From Octopus vulgaris (lineage: Eukaryota), in contig OX597817.1 in the NCBI GenBank assembly GCA_951406725.2, positions 122,388,001-122,452,000 of the forward strand: DNA of 64,000 nucleotides, in the 5' to 3' direction. Positions 13,301-26,145 of this stretch are shown here, one piece after another. Numbering within the stretch: position 1 is the first letter of the stretch; each line of letters begins with the position of its first letter. The position numbers and the translations under genes were made by a program. The notes beneath the pieces are model-generated. The model saw nothing but the letters and a program-made list of their open reading frames with translations, made no database searches and was not told the origin of the DNA.

Positions 13301-14021
13301 TTAATGATAATAATGATGATGATGATGAATTACTTTTAACTCCTTTCTATCTGACCACTAAACAAAATTACATTTGAAAATAGTAAAAAAAAAAAAAGAC
13401 AAGATAGAAGAAAAGAAAGAAAAGCAAAAAAAATAGTCATACTAAGTACTGCTAGTAGTCGAGTATAGATGTACATGGACGTCAATAATTTGTAAGTGGA
13501 CATCAATAATTCATCAAACAGTAGAATTTTAAAACAATATGCTACATATTAAAAAGAAAGGACAAAGCAAATAAAAAATAAAGGAATTTTTAAAGACAAC
13601 AAAAGTGAAAAACGAAAAAGATGTTAATTCTATATTTTTCAAGAAACAGGTGATGATGTTAAAAGTTTGACTTCAATATTTCAATTAAATTTTTACTTTT
13701 TCTTCTCTGTACAAAGAATAAACAACATTATTTTCTAATTTTTAATTGCAAATATTCTATTTTTATTATTGGACATTCCTTGACCATTTTAGCACCACTA
13801 TGATTTTGAGGACTCTATATGCTTGCAAAATAGTATATATATATTCTACTTGTATTTATTGGTATCTGATTGCTTGATATTGCAAGCCAAATTCATTTGA
13901 CATTGAGTGCTTTATAGATATCTGCTTGGATTTATTAATCCATTTTACTTATATATATGTATGTATATACACACATATGTATGTGTGTATACATACATGC
14001 ATATATCTATCTATCTATCTA

Positions 14022-14114
<93 letters not shown>

Positions 14115-14969
14115 GGATAGATGCAAAAAAATTTACTTAGTACTAAAATAATTGATATCATGAGCAATCAAAAATGCCAACAATTCTTATCAATCGGAAC
14201 ATCCCGGAGAAGTTTGTAGAATTCTAAAAATAATAAACACTTGGAATCGGCAGATTCTATGAAAATACATTGTCTGTTCTTGAAAAATGTATTAGATACA
14301 GTAAAACCAAACAAACAGAAGATAAATTTTTAAAATCTGCCAGAGTCAGCATGCATGCATAAAACATACACACCTACGTACATATATATACACATATATA
14401 TATATATCCTTTAAATGGTGCAGGCTTCACAAATGAATGTATGAAATAATATGTGCATGTTTGCATGAGAAACGTAGCGATGAAATGCTAGCATGTGTGC
14501 ATGAAAGTGTAAGTACATATGAGAGTGGTTGATTCATGAATGAAGGTTTCGTGTTTGAGTAAGAAAAAGAGATTAAGACTCTCTGTTTCTATAAGCGTAG
14601 GAGAAAAAGAGGGATAGAGAAGAGGAAAGATAAAGAGTGGAAAGAGACAGATTGAGACATAAAGATAACCATAGAGTTAGATAAATTGATTGGTAGGTAG
14701 ATGGGGATATATATATATATACACACATGTTGAGAAGGAGAAAAGCGAAAGAGCAAGAAATATGAGCAAAACGAGAGGAATATATCTGAAAGAAAATTGT
14801 TGTTTATATCACTGTGTATAAAAATAAACTATAGAGGCTAAGTGGGAACAAAGATAAGAGTATGGAGGAAAAAAAAATCGTAAGCAAAACACAAACCGCT
14901 AACATGAACTTACAAATACTTAGAACACACACGTGCAAGTGGTTTGCAGCTTTGCATAAAGACGCAAAT

Positions 14970-15015
<46 letters not shown>

Positions 15016-15635
15016 ATATATATATATTATACTATATTATTTTATATTATATATATATTATATTTTATATATATTATATTATAAATATATGAAAGTTAAA
15101 TATGGATGTATTCGTATAAATATATGTACCATATAACAACAAAGCAAACTCACTAAATAGAAAAATCAATTGCAAACTCCAGACTAACAAAACATTATGG
15201 GAATACAGGGAGAACACAGAATATGAAATATATTAGAAAAATGATAGAAATAAAAAAAGTATCTATAATGAAATCAAAACACACAGAGAGTAAAGTAACG
15301 CATATTTCACATTATCATGTTGTGTGCGTGAGGGGGGAATTTTTAAATTTATGTACATTTTCCTTATCTGTTTTTCTAGCTATGCTTACCTTCAGAGCAT
15401 CACAAATCTAGAATATGCTTGATCCTTAGAAAATAACTGAGGCATGGTATTGAAAGAAGTTCTTGTGGATCTTGAGACTGATACCATTTCATTGCGTATA
15501 CTAGCATAATGCTCGTACAACTTTTTATCCGAAAAATTTCATGCAGGAATATTCAAAATGGTTATCAGCTAACACTTTCCAGTTGAAAATAAATAATGTA
15601 CATACATACAGACATAGACATACATACATATATAC

Positions 15636-15671
<36 letters not shown>

Positions 15672-15730
15672 AGACACACACAACACACATATATATATAT
15701 GTGGATCAAAACAGTTTTATTCAAATCTGT

Positions 15731-15771
15731 TGGTACTCTTGAGTTTCAAGTATGATGCTAATCATCAGCCA
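15731..15771 (-). ncRNA. Type I hammerhead-ribozyme-like motif
   Basis: Minus strand reads TGG-CTGATGA-ttagcatcatactt-GAAA-CTC-aa-GAG-TA-CCA. Confidence 0.55.
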
Positions 15772-16282
15772 TTTTGAATTCAAAAGAAAGAATTTATTGT
15801 TATTACCATAAAGTGGGCTTCAATTGGTTGAGGAAGGTCACGCAGTGTCATGGTTTGATGTTGGTATGAGGGTAACAGTTAGTTGGAAAATACCAAATGG
15901 TGAACAGGAAATTGACGACATAGAGGACAGGAAATAGACCACATGGAGATTAGGAAATTGGTCAGGTTATTAGGGGGAGTAGGAAGGGGCGGCATGTACA
16001 AGTATATAGTTCTATATGAACGCATCTGCAAACCCACACTTAGAACTATATACTTGCACATGTCACCACTTCCTATCCCCACCACCAATAACCAATTTCC
16101 CAATTGCCACTTGGTCTATTTCCTGTCCTCCACTTGGTCAATTTACTGTTCGCCATGTGGTATTTTCCAACTAACTGTTACCCATCTACCAACATCAAAC
16201 CACAACACAGTGTGACCTTCCATGACTAATAGCAGCCCACCTAACGGTAATAACAATCAACTTTTGTCATTCAAATTCAAAA

Positions 16283-16323
16283 TGGCTGATGACTAGCATC
16301 ACACTTGAAACTCAAGAGTACCA
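16283..16323 (+). ncRNA. Type I hammerhead-ribozyme-like motif
   Basis: TGG-CTGATGA-ctagcatcacactt-GAAA-CTC-aa-GAG-TA-CCA. Core is intact, stem I is TGG/CCA, stem III is ACTC/GAGT and the triplet is GUA. Stem II is weak. Confidence 0.6.
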
Positions 16324-16463
16324 ACAAATTTGAATCAAACTGTTTTCATCCATATATATAACTCCAAATAAACTTCTTTAGTGCCCTTCTTTCGTTTGTC
16401 CACTCACTTGCATACATACATATATATATATATATATGCATACACACACACATACGCACACAC

Positions 16464-16510
<47 letters not shown>

Positions 16511-16657
16511 CATCTATACACGTACATATATGCATGCATTCATATATGTTTATATGTAGAAACATATATATACATATATATACATATATATTTACATATA
16601 ACTATATATGTCTTTATACATATGTATATGTATATGGCTATATACAAGTATACATAT

Positions 16658-16693
<36 letters not shown>

Positions 16694-17150
16694 CTGTATA
16701 AAAGAGGAGAAATTGTTACAAAAAATACATTACATTGTATTTTGGAACAGGTGCATTCTAAAGGGATAGTCTTGCTATGAAAAGAAAAAGAAACAAATTA
16801 TACAGTCTGTACCAAATAAAGCCTTAAATGTATAAACTATATACTCAAAATCTAGGAGGTGACGTCGAGAAACCTAACTAAAAAATGGGAAAATAACTAG
16901 AGTTTAAAGATCTTGAAGGTCAATGCCTCAATTGTAAAATGTTGCTCATGAAATCAAACAAGAATGCATTTTCTTGAATGATCAGTTTAGTTGCTTAGTC
17001 TAGCAGTGTCAATCAAAAATATATGTATTAGAATCATTGGTATCATATTTATTTATAGTTCATCATTACTAACTATTACAGAATCAGAAGTATTCTCACT
17101 CATGCTATAAATGACAATTATGCATTCCAAGTTTGTTATAAATAGTTGAC

Positions 17151-17494
17151 AACAATTGCAGCGTGGAAGGTGTTTATAAGCCATTTAAGAAACACACAAA
17201 ACTGTTAGATTCACTTCAACATTTAAATTTAATTTGTCAAAATATTTTCATCGCTTTGAGACCGTGACCTGTTTACTGACAAAACTTCGTACTGCATCAC
17301 AAAGTTTTGTCAGTGAACAGGTCGTGGTCTCAAAGCGATGAAAATATTTTGACAAATTAAATTTAAATGTTGAAGTGAATCTAACGGTTTTGTGTGTTTC
17401 TTAAATGGCTTATAAACACCTTCCACCCTGCAATTGTTTTCCTTCTAGCACACGATCTCAGATCAAGTCACTCGCTATGCAAGTACATCTCCGT
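17151..17494. mobile_element. Fold-back element (~140 bp near-perfect arms plus one-sided extension)
   Basis: 17151-17287 is the reverse complement of 17302-17438. A related copy lies at 29198-29474. Confidence 0.88.
17306..17356 (+). ncRNA. Hammerhead-like motif with G3:C8 variant core
   Basis: TTTGTCA-GTGAACA-G-GTCGT-ggtctcaaa-GCGAT-GAAA-ATAT-TT-TGACAAA. 7-bp stem I, 5-bp stem II with two wobbles, palindromic AATATT stem III. Confidence 0.55.
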
Positions 17495-17689
17495 AAAAAT
17501 ATAAATAATTGGTTATGTCTAAAAACAGAATAAACAACCAATGTCATATCAGTGTGTGTATAGATATATAAACATGTGTCAGAGTGTGTGTATGCATGCT
17601 TTTATGTATAACATCCACCCACACATACACACACAAACATGCACACACACATATGTACACAAACAGACACACACATTTCTATATAGATA

Positions 17690-17835
17690 TATGATGGGTT
17701 TCTATCAAATCCATTCACAAAACTTTGGTCAGTTTAGGAAATAGTAGAAGACAGTTTGTCCAAGATGCATGCAATTGGAACTGAACCTGAAACGATATGA
17801 TTGGCAAGTAAATTTCTTAACAACAGAGCCATGTC
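17690..17835 (-). mobile_element. SINE family A head, degenerate
   Basis: caaatccattcacaa...agaagaca...ggaactgaacc...agccatg. Confidence 0.65.
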
Positions 17836-17899
17836 TACACACACACGCATGCACACACACACACACACACACAAACGCTCGCACATACTTATTATTCTT

Positions 17900-18006
17900 A
17901 TACAAGAATGTTGTTGACAGTAACTTCGAAGTCTCAGCCAGCTAAGCCATTATCCAAGAATGGCTTTGCTGGTGGAAATTTCGAAGTCACTGTCAACAAC
18001 ATGCTT
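17900..18006. repeat. Short palindrome (~48 bp arms), MITE-like
   Basis: aagaatgttgttgacagtaacttcgaag...agccatt pairs with aatggct...tttcgaagtcactgtcaacaacatgctt. Confidence 0.7.
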
Positions 18007-18154
18007 AATGAAAATGATAAATTTGTACTTTTCAAAAGCATAGAGTAAGCCATCAGCTTCATGTCAAATTAATTTTATATGACTGAACATAAAAACAAAC
18101 ATTAATACAAATATATACAAATATATATATTACTGTTTGCATATCCACATACAA

Positions 18155-18210
<56 letters not shown>

Positions 18211-21134
18211 ATAGATAGATAGATAGATAGAGAGAGAAAGAGAGATGATAAAAATAATACAAATTATATCACACCAACAGTTAACTTTATGTACAGTATT
18301 GGATCTATTATAAGTAAATGTAAGTCATGTAATGAAATATATGATTAAAAAGAAGTAAAATAAAAAAAATCTACAAAAATTTTTCCAGTGACAAACAGCA
18401 GCATTTATTCTGTAGAAAATTGGCATAATGCCAGATAATAAATTTAACTGTTTTGACCTATTGATCATTTATGTTCCTTGTAGCCATAAGTGTGTAAACC
18501 TTAATAAACTGTAAATACTACTGATACCCAGTTTTTATTTTGCTGGAATCTAAATCTAGAATCATTCTATAACACCCATCCACAGTCTTGCACCATCATG
18601 CTGCCAATGCACAAATATCACATAATTCTCAAACCCTAAAATTTTCAACAAATATCTCACAATTTCTCACTTTTTCTCATTGCAATTCTACAAATATATT
18701 AATATCAAAAACTGCGCTCAAAGACTTGGCTTCCATTTCAAAGCCAGACTATGCGTCCTACTTAATCATTTGCTGATTCTTGAGAGAAACTACCCTTGGT
18801 GAGCATTGTGACATGCACAAAAATAGGATTTACATGAAAGTTACAAAAGTAATTCTTTTCTTCTTTCCAGAGTCCCCACCTCCCCACAAAATAAACAATC
18901 TTGTTGGCAAGTAACAACTAATTCTGAGAGAGTGAAAGAAGTAAGAAGTATCAGTCTATGGCAAGTATTTAATCAATCTTAAAACTGGAAAATGGTCAAA
19001 CTCAAAGCTGCTTGTAGCAGAATTTGAACTCAGGATACAGAAAACGAGAACAATTATCGCACAACATTTTATCTAAAGTTCTAATGGGTTTGTTATTTCA
19101 TTACCTTCACATTAGGGTACTGTGCACATGCCCTAGCTAGGTCACCTGTTGTTTATGCAAACACAAAAGAGAAGGCTATTCAGTAAACCTCACCCATCAG
19201 CACATTAAAATTTCGGATCATAGACATGTTGCTTCATTTCTGTCACTTTTGTTACTAAACCAGCCACTGCTCCCCTACCTACCAACCCGCATACTGCTTC
19301 CATTCAAGCTTCTGCTACGCATTCTAGGTGTCATAGGTGAGCAATGTATACTACTAGAAGCAGTATTTTTCTTTATAATAATTTTGTTCTTGTCGTATCC
19401 TAATATAATCTACTCTTGATTTGATTTAAATGTTACAGTACACACACAAGAGAAAAGATTAACACAGATTAAAGTTGTATTATGTACAGAATAGTCTGGA
19501 GTTGCTATGTCTATTTTTTAGAAATATTTACTCCAGAATAGTATGTTCACCATGGTATCACATCCTGTGACAAGCACCATCATATGTGATTGGTTGACAA
19601 ACAAAAATAGAAACTAACAGCAGTTTGTAACAGTATTTTCCCTTAATAACTAATTTGTAAATTATTTAAATGAATTGCACAAGTTTGATATTTGACTCAA
19701 ACTTACAAGGGAAATAGTAGCCAAGTAGTAATGAAAATAAATATAAAACATCCTCACTAAACCTATCAATGGTCTGAAGTTTCTTTCTCACATACTGAAT
19801 TAGTTTGAATGCTTCTTACACTATGACTTATCATCACTCATTTTAGCCTTCCATTACCTTAACTGCGAGACCTTAGTACACTATGATCTGCTCTCACTAC
19901 TTCTTTTGCACATTCGTCAGTGTGTATTTTCTTTATGATAATGAATGCTTGCTTCTGATACTTTGGCAACTGTAATTTTATCCTCACAGGAAAAGTGATC
20001 CAAAAATGTTAAATATATTCTCAAAAGTTTTGATTCAATTGAGATAACTATCTTTATTTTATTTTACTTCCAAAAAGTAAAAAGAAAACAAAACTGGAAA
20101 ATCAGACAAAGCCAAAAGCGAAAGAAGCTTCTAGAAAAGTTTTTAAATCTATTTTCAAACTAAATCTGCTCCATCATTCAATTACTAGTGTTAGTGTAAA
20201 GAAATTATTGGTACTGATTTCAGGGAAATGGAATTGACAGTCTCTGTAAAGAAATGTGAAATGGAAAGAAGATATTAAACAAACCCATCTTGCAAAAGAA
20301 AATAGCCATTAGAATATTATGGTAAAGTATCCCAGTGTGTTGAAAGAAATGGTGAATTGTGATGATAGGATTTTAACTCTTAAATACATGATTTTAAACT
20401 ACAACTCTAAAATAATTTTTAGATGTGAATATAAATAAATGGCAACTCGTTTTCTAGTAGAATTTATAATTCTTATTGAATAGATAGCTCCAGAAAACAG
20501 ACAGTCTATACACAGTTTGACATCCTTCAATTCACCTAAACTGAAATTAATAGTTATTTGATAATGTTTGTACAAAACTTAAAGAAACTTTAGTAAATAA
20601 TGGCTATTGTATCTATTCATCTCATAGCTGAATGGTTACAATGTTAGTATGTGAGTTGATATTATGGTGAGTTGATATCTCACCACTAATAGCTCAAGGC
20701 CTCAACCCTGAACAAAGCACTTAAAACCCTTGCCTGTAGAAATGTCAAATAAGAACAGACAATTAGATGACACAGAGGTAAATACACTGACTACATTCAG
20801 AAGTAATGTCTTCGTTAGTTTTTGCTGTTGTTGTTTAGCCCCTGGTTAGCTCTTATTAGCTAGACCTACGATGATTAAACTGTGACCATCTTGCATTCAT
20901 TTTGATATCTAACACTACCATTATCCACTGTATCTTACTCTTTCATTCTGTAAAACAGTAAGATATGATTCAAGAAAGATTTGGCTGCTATTTCTAACAG
21001 AGTGAGCTGCTACATAGAAGTTACCATATTGGTATCATATAACAGATATTACTAGTATTTGGTGCCAGCCAACTCTGATCAACCAGACCTGTAGCTAAAA
21101 GTATTCTAGCCATGGCCATCAGACCAAGTGCTGG

Positions 21135-21690
21135 CATTGCTGTGTGGTTGAGAAGGTTGCTTTGCAACCAGGTGGTTTTAAGTTCAGCCCCACTGCACAT
21201 CAGTGTCTTGTACAATAGCCTCAGGCTGACCAAAGCTTTGTGTGTCAATTTGTTTGATAGAAACTGCATGGCAACCTATTGTATATATATTAAGGCAACG
21301 AGCTGGAAGAAATGTTAGCATGCCGGGTGAAATGCTTAGCGGTATTTTGTCTCCTGCTATGTTCTGAGTTCAAATTCTGCCGCAGTTGACTTTGCCTTTC
21401 ATCCTTTCAGGGTCGATTAAATAAGTACCAGTTGCATACAAGGATCGATCTAATCATCTTTCCCCTGCTCTAAATTTCCAGCCTTGTGCCTATAGCAGAA
21501 AGGATTATTCACACAAACACACACACAAACACATGTAGTGTGTGTGTGTTTTTGTGTCTTTCTTTGTCCCCAACTCCCACTACTTCATATCTGGTGTTGC
21601 TTTGTTTATGTCCCCGAAACTCAGCTGTTCAGCCAGAGAGACTGATAGAATAAGTAAAAGACTTTAAAAATAAGTACTGGGGTCAATCTG
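21135..21690 (+). mobile_element. SINE family A with a family B SINE (21293-21508) inserted in its central microsatellite
   Basis: Order is family A head, complete family B copy, family A tail. Confidence 0.78.
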
Positions 21691-22239
21691 TGAGAAACAG
21701 CAGCCAAATATCCTTTAAATCACTACCCTCCTCCACTTTAGAAAAGGAAACATTGAATAATGTGGTGTGAGGTTCCTTACAAATAGAAAAAAGACAGAAT
21801 GGTCATAGTTGGAATGCTTATGTCCACTCAAGCTAGGGTTAAACAGTAACAGTAACATCAACATCTTTTTACATATCCAAAACTGTAATTATCAATATGA
21901 CATTCCTTTTAGTAGACAGTAGTGTGATTTAAGGAAGATCTGACTACTATTTCAAGCATTTTGAGTGACCATGCAGTGGCTTCCTCATGCACCATGAGCT
22001 TATTGGTATTTAGCTGTGATCGAACAGCTATGTCTAGCTGGTTGGTTAGAGGTCTCTGTCATTTGCATGTGATGATGAGAAGGAGGATTGTAGTGAGAAC
22101 AATGATGATGATGATAGTGTTGCTGCTGCTGCTGCTACTGATAACAATGATGATGATGGTATAGGTGATGATAGGGAAGTAGGCTACTATCAATGAAAAT
22201 GTTTAAAATATCAGCAATATGATGATGATGATGATTATA

Positions 22240-23800
22240 GTGAAAATTTAATGGTTCACTTCAGATATACACTGTTCTTATGCACACATAAGCATTTGTT
22301 ATTGTTTTTTTTATGCATTTGGTGATGCTATATCAGATGCTCCTAACATCTATGCTTATATGTAAGAAAAAGTGATAGTATGTACTGAATTCATGCAAGA
22401 ATTATGTTTAATTGTAAATTTGGAATCACTTTTGAAAACTCTATTTAGTTTATTCACCTGTTTTTCTGTATCCTACAGAATGAATATTTCACCAACATAC
22501 GTAAGATATGGTTTTGTTTAGGAATATCTTTGTTGTCAATGCTAGCCATGCAGAATGTTGCAAATGCAGGCCTGAGTGGAGAACCCATGGCTATTCCATC
22601 ACCTTGTGTGATTATCTTGGACAATAAAGGAATATCCTTGTTTACAGAGTAACAGGAACTTACTGAGGATGTTTCTTTGCATATAGAGTGCCTATTACTG
22701 CAGAATGAGCATACATCGTCTCTAAATTGTACCTACAGTTTCTATTACACAACATTGATAAAAAAGCTTCAAAACAGAAATGCTGAAAACTTGATCAATA
22801 TATATATATATATATAAAGCTGAAGTTGTCTGTGTGTGTGTATGGCAGGTTTGGTAGCCTTCAACTAACACTATCTTCTCTGAGACCCTGCAGCGCAAGT
22901 TGACCAAATTTGAGAGTATGATAGAAGAAAGCTTGCTCTTCATTCTATAGAAGAAAAAATTCAAATCGGACCATGTTAAGACCAAAAATTATTTACATAA
23001 AAAAAGGTGCTTTTTTTCTATGAAAATCCCTATCTTTTACGATTTTTTGACTGATGTGTTGCCATTTTTCGGTGTATTTCAACTAGAAAAAATTTCCCTT
23101 AAAGAGAATAAGCTACATAACGCAAAATTTTTATTTTTCAAAAACTCTAATTCTAAAGGGTCAAAACAAACCCGAGCAACGCTGAGCTATACTGCTAGTT
23201 TTTTTTATAAAATGTTCTTTGGTTATTGTGAGTGATTGTGATTCTTTATGTTGCCATAGATATGAGCTTAGCTACACTAATCCTAAATAATCTAAACGTC
23301 TAGATCCTACTTCAGCATTTGCTGCATTTGCTGCAGTAATTAATTTACCAAGTTACATTTTTACTTGTGTAGTGTTAATTTTTCTGGTTTCGATGCACTT
23401 GTAGTTATCATCAGTAGTAATATTGTTCCTTTTTGTATTAAATTCATCTTTGTTCATAGAAAAAACAAATAGATTGTTCTTATCGATTTTATACATAACA
23501 ATTTTATCGTTGTTTTTCTGATCCTGTAGAATTAGCTTAGGATTCTATTTAAGTATGTTTTTGTTACAGTAATGATATTTGTATCTCTGTTTATTGCCTT
23601 CACACCTGAATAAGTCTTACAGCTTATCATCCTCAAGAGACTGATAAAATAATTTAAGTTCAAGTTTCTGCTTTGGTCATATTTTACTTTTAGGTGGAAG
23701 TTCGTGCTGAAACAGAGAAATGTAATTCAATATGTTTGTTTTGTAAGAAGTTAGGAAAATTGTATTCTTGTACAGACAACAATATTTTATCATTATAAAG
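22240..23800 (-). pseudogene. Decayed Penelope-like element reverse transcriptase
   Basis: Minus-strand motifs in the expected order: NDKIVMYKIDKNN (~KADK, 23473-23511), AHIYGNIKNH (~YGxPKxHK), SISVLKLF..ETVGTI (~SLDVxSLF), QGDGIAMGSPLRPAF (22562-22606) and YLTYVGEIFIL (~YVDD). Frameshifts and stops throughout. Confidence 0.82.
22795..23198 (+). mobile_element. Non-autonomous Helitron
   Basis: Starts TC after a host A and ends CTAG before a host T, with no TSD. Imperfect subterminal hairpin cccgagcaacgctgag at 23171-23186. It interrupts the PLE RT. Confidence 0.85.
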
Positions 23801-24259
23801 ACTACTAAGCTTCCATATGTTGTTATTTCTTATTCACTGTGAAGATAAATTCCATATATTATTGATATGTTAAAAAAATTGATTTTTCTTTTTCATTCTC
23901 ATTATATATTGTCATTTATTTTGTTTATTTAAATATATCACTGCAGCAGCTATTACTACTGTTAACAAGATTTTATAGAGTACTTTTGGAAAACGTTGCT
24001 ATGGAAACTATTCTAATTGCTGTAGGTATAAATAAAAATCCCCATTATGAAGTCCATTTATAAATATGGTGTCACTAACCCTAATAATTGCAAGACTTAC
24101 ACATAAGTCTTAATCAATTAAAGTAGTTGGCCCCATGCAATGTAAGGCCAAAGAAAATGATTGATATAAGATTAACCCTTGTAAAATATAAAAGCCAATC
24201 TACATCTAGAATTAAGGCTCTGTATCTAACCTAATCTTAATATTATGCAGATGAGCAAA

Positions 24260-24510
24260 CGAGGGACTAGCCACGTGGTCTCTTGGACTGCTAAAAACAG
24301 CAGCCAAATATCTTTAAAGCCCACACTCCACTTCCATAAAAAAAATGCTATAAATGTATAATGTAACCCCGATTACATTATTTCTGAAAATAAATAAATA
24401 AAATGCAAATAAAAATAAAAACAGACAAGGCAGTCATAGTTGGAATTCTTTTCAATATAAATATTCTTCACAAGGTTGATTTGAGGCCTCACGACAACAT
24501 CAACAACAAT
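24260..24510 (+). mobile_element. Old interspersed repeat (family E)
   Basis: ctgctaaaaacagcagccaaatatc...gtcatagttggaat...(CAA)n. Related pieces near 8605, 20820(-), 21690, 42840 and 54745. Confidence 0.55.
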
Positions 24511-24917
24511 TAAACAAACTCTCTCTGGATATTGGCTGGAAACTTGGCGGAAGGACATAAACAATTAATTTAGTACTTGATTATTTATGTGTCTTTTTTT
24601 TAAAAAATAAACTGTTAGAATGACTCTAATAGTTAACTGACACTTTATTTTAATGGTCCAAGAAGAATCGAAGACAAAGTCGACTTTTGAGAGATTTGAA
24701 CTGCAAACACAAGGGGCTGTAACTATATGCCTTATGACAATTATGTCCAGTGCTCTAATGATTATGCCAATTTACCCACTTCGTTTCCAATTTACCCCCC
24801 TCCCCCTCCCCCTGCCCCACCCACCTTTTCTGGTAAGTCAATAGCATGTGAATCTGCCAGCCAAAAAAAAAGTCCTTCGTCTCTATTTTACTGCTGTCAT
24901 TTCAATTTATGCTAAAC

Positions 24918-25250
24918 CAGGGCTGGCCAACCTGAGGCCCCGCAGGCTGCATGTGGCCTACAGACGTTTATCTTGCGGCCTGCTTGATACTGTCTTGAAA
25001 CGAGTTTATTTAAACAAACATTTAAAAAAATTTTATCTAAAATTAAAAACTGAAATGAAAAATACAAAAGAAAGATGCAACTGTTTTTGCAACGATAATA
25101 TTTCACGTTGGATCAAAGATCATTCATTCATTATTGTAATAATACCATGAGAAAACTTAATGCTTTCAATTCTGTCAGTATATAAGCATCCCTCAAAAAT
25201 CTTTCTGTGATTAAAGTGGCCCACAATGAAATTAGAGTTGGCCTAGCCTG
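24918..25250. mobile_element. hAT (Charlie-like) MITE
   Basis: Imperfect TIRs cagggctggccaac and gttggcctagcctg. 8-bp TA-centred flanks tgctaaac and ccctagac are a degenerate TSD. Confidence 0.75.
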
Positions 25251-25266
25251 CCCTAGACCATCATTA

Positions 25267-25486
25267 TCAGCTCTTCAGCATTCAAATTTTTCTCTCAAAT
25301 ATAATGGTTGTTTATTTACATTGTTTTGGATTAAACATACATTATCTCATCGCTTTGAGATTTCAAGGATGCAATTGTTAATTTACAATGACATTGAGGA
25401 GCAGATGTGAGAAGCTGGCCAGTTTAAACATAAAACAGGTAGATAAATTGTGTCAGATATGGCCGGTTTAAATGCTAAGAGGTTAA
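25267..25486 (+). mobile_element. TTAA-flanked (piggyBac-like) MITE
   Basis: Ends ...aatgctaagaggttaa. Same family as the copies at 33071, 34987 and 49138. Confidence 0.7.
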
Positions 25487-25675
25487 ATGGGGACCTCAGC
25501 TGAGATAGACCTTACAACCCTCCCTAGATTTCGTGATCCTTCATTAACACACCAATTACTCACACCTCATATCCCAAATTTTTCTTTTGCTCTAAAAAAG
25601 TGTGCAGTGTGCCTTTATATTACTGTTTGTGAGATGATTTTAAAGTTCAAAATCTTTGATCAAGATACTTATCAT

Positions 25676-26145
25676 AGGTGCAGGTGTGGTTGCATGGTAA
25701 GAAGCTTGCTTTCCAATCACATGGTTCTAGGCTCAGTCCTACTGTATGGCATCTTGGGCAAATGTCATCTACTATAGCCTCAGACCAACCAATGCCTTGT
25801 GAGTAAATTTGGTAGACTGAAACTGGAAGTAGCCTGTCATGTGTGTGTGTGCATGTGTGTGTGCATATGTGTGTGTGTGAGAGCATTTGAGTGTGTATGT
25901 GCATGTGTCTATGAGTGTGTGTCTTTGTGCCTGTGTTTGTGCCCAATCACCACTTGACAACCTGTTGGTGTGTTTACATTCCTGTGACTTAGCAGTTTGG
26001 CAAAAGAGACTGATAGAATATGTACCAGGCTATAAAAAATTTAAGTTCTGGGGTTGACTTGTTCAACTAAAAACCCTTCAAAGCAGTGCCCCAGCATGGC
26101 CACAATCAAATGGCTGAAACAAGTAATAGGTAAAAGATAAAAGAT
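25676..26145 (+). mobile_element. SINE family A, full length
   Basis: Head, (TG)n centre and tail all present. Confidence 0.88.

Larger units (their letters stand above)
15700..16353. mobile_element. Fold-back element (~315 bp arms) with a hammerhead-like motif in each arm
   Basis: 15700-16014 is an imperfect reverse complement of 16041-16353. Both ends lie in (TA)n. Confidence 0.85.

Noticed and set aside
22479-22500. Plus-strand micro-exon (ctacag|...|gtaaga)
   Set aside because: It coincides with the minus-strand YVDD-like motif of the PLE RT relic, so the splice-like signals are probably chance.
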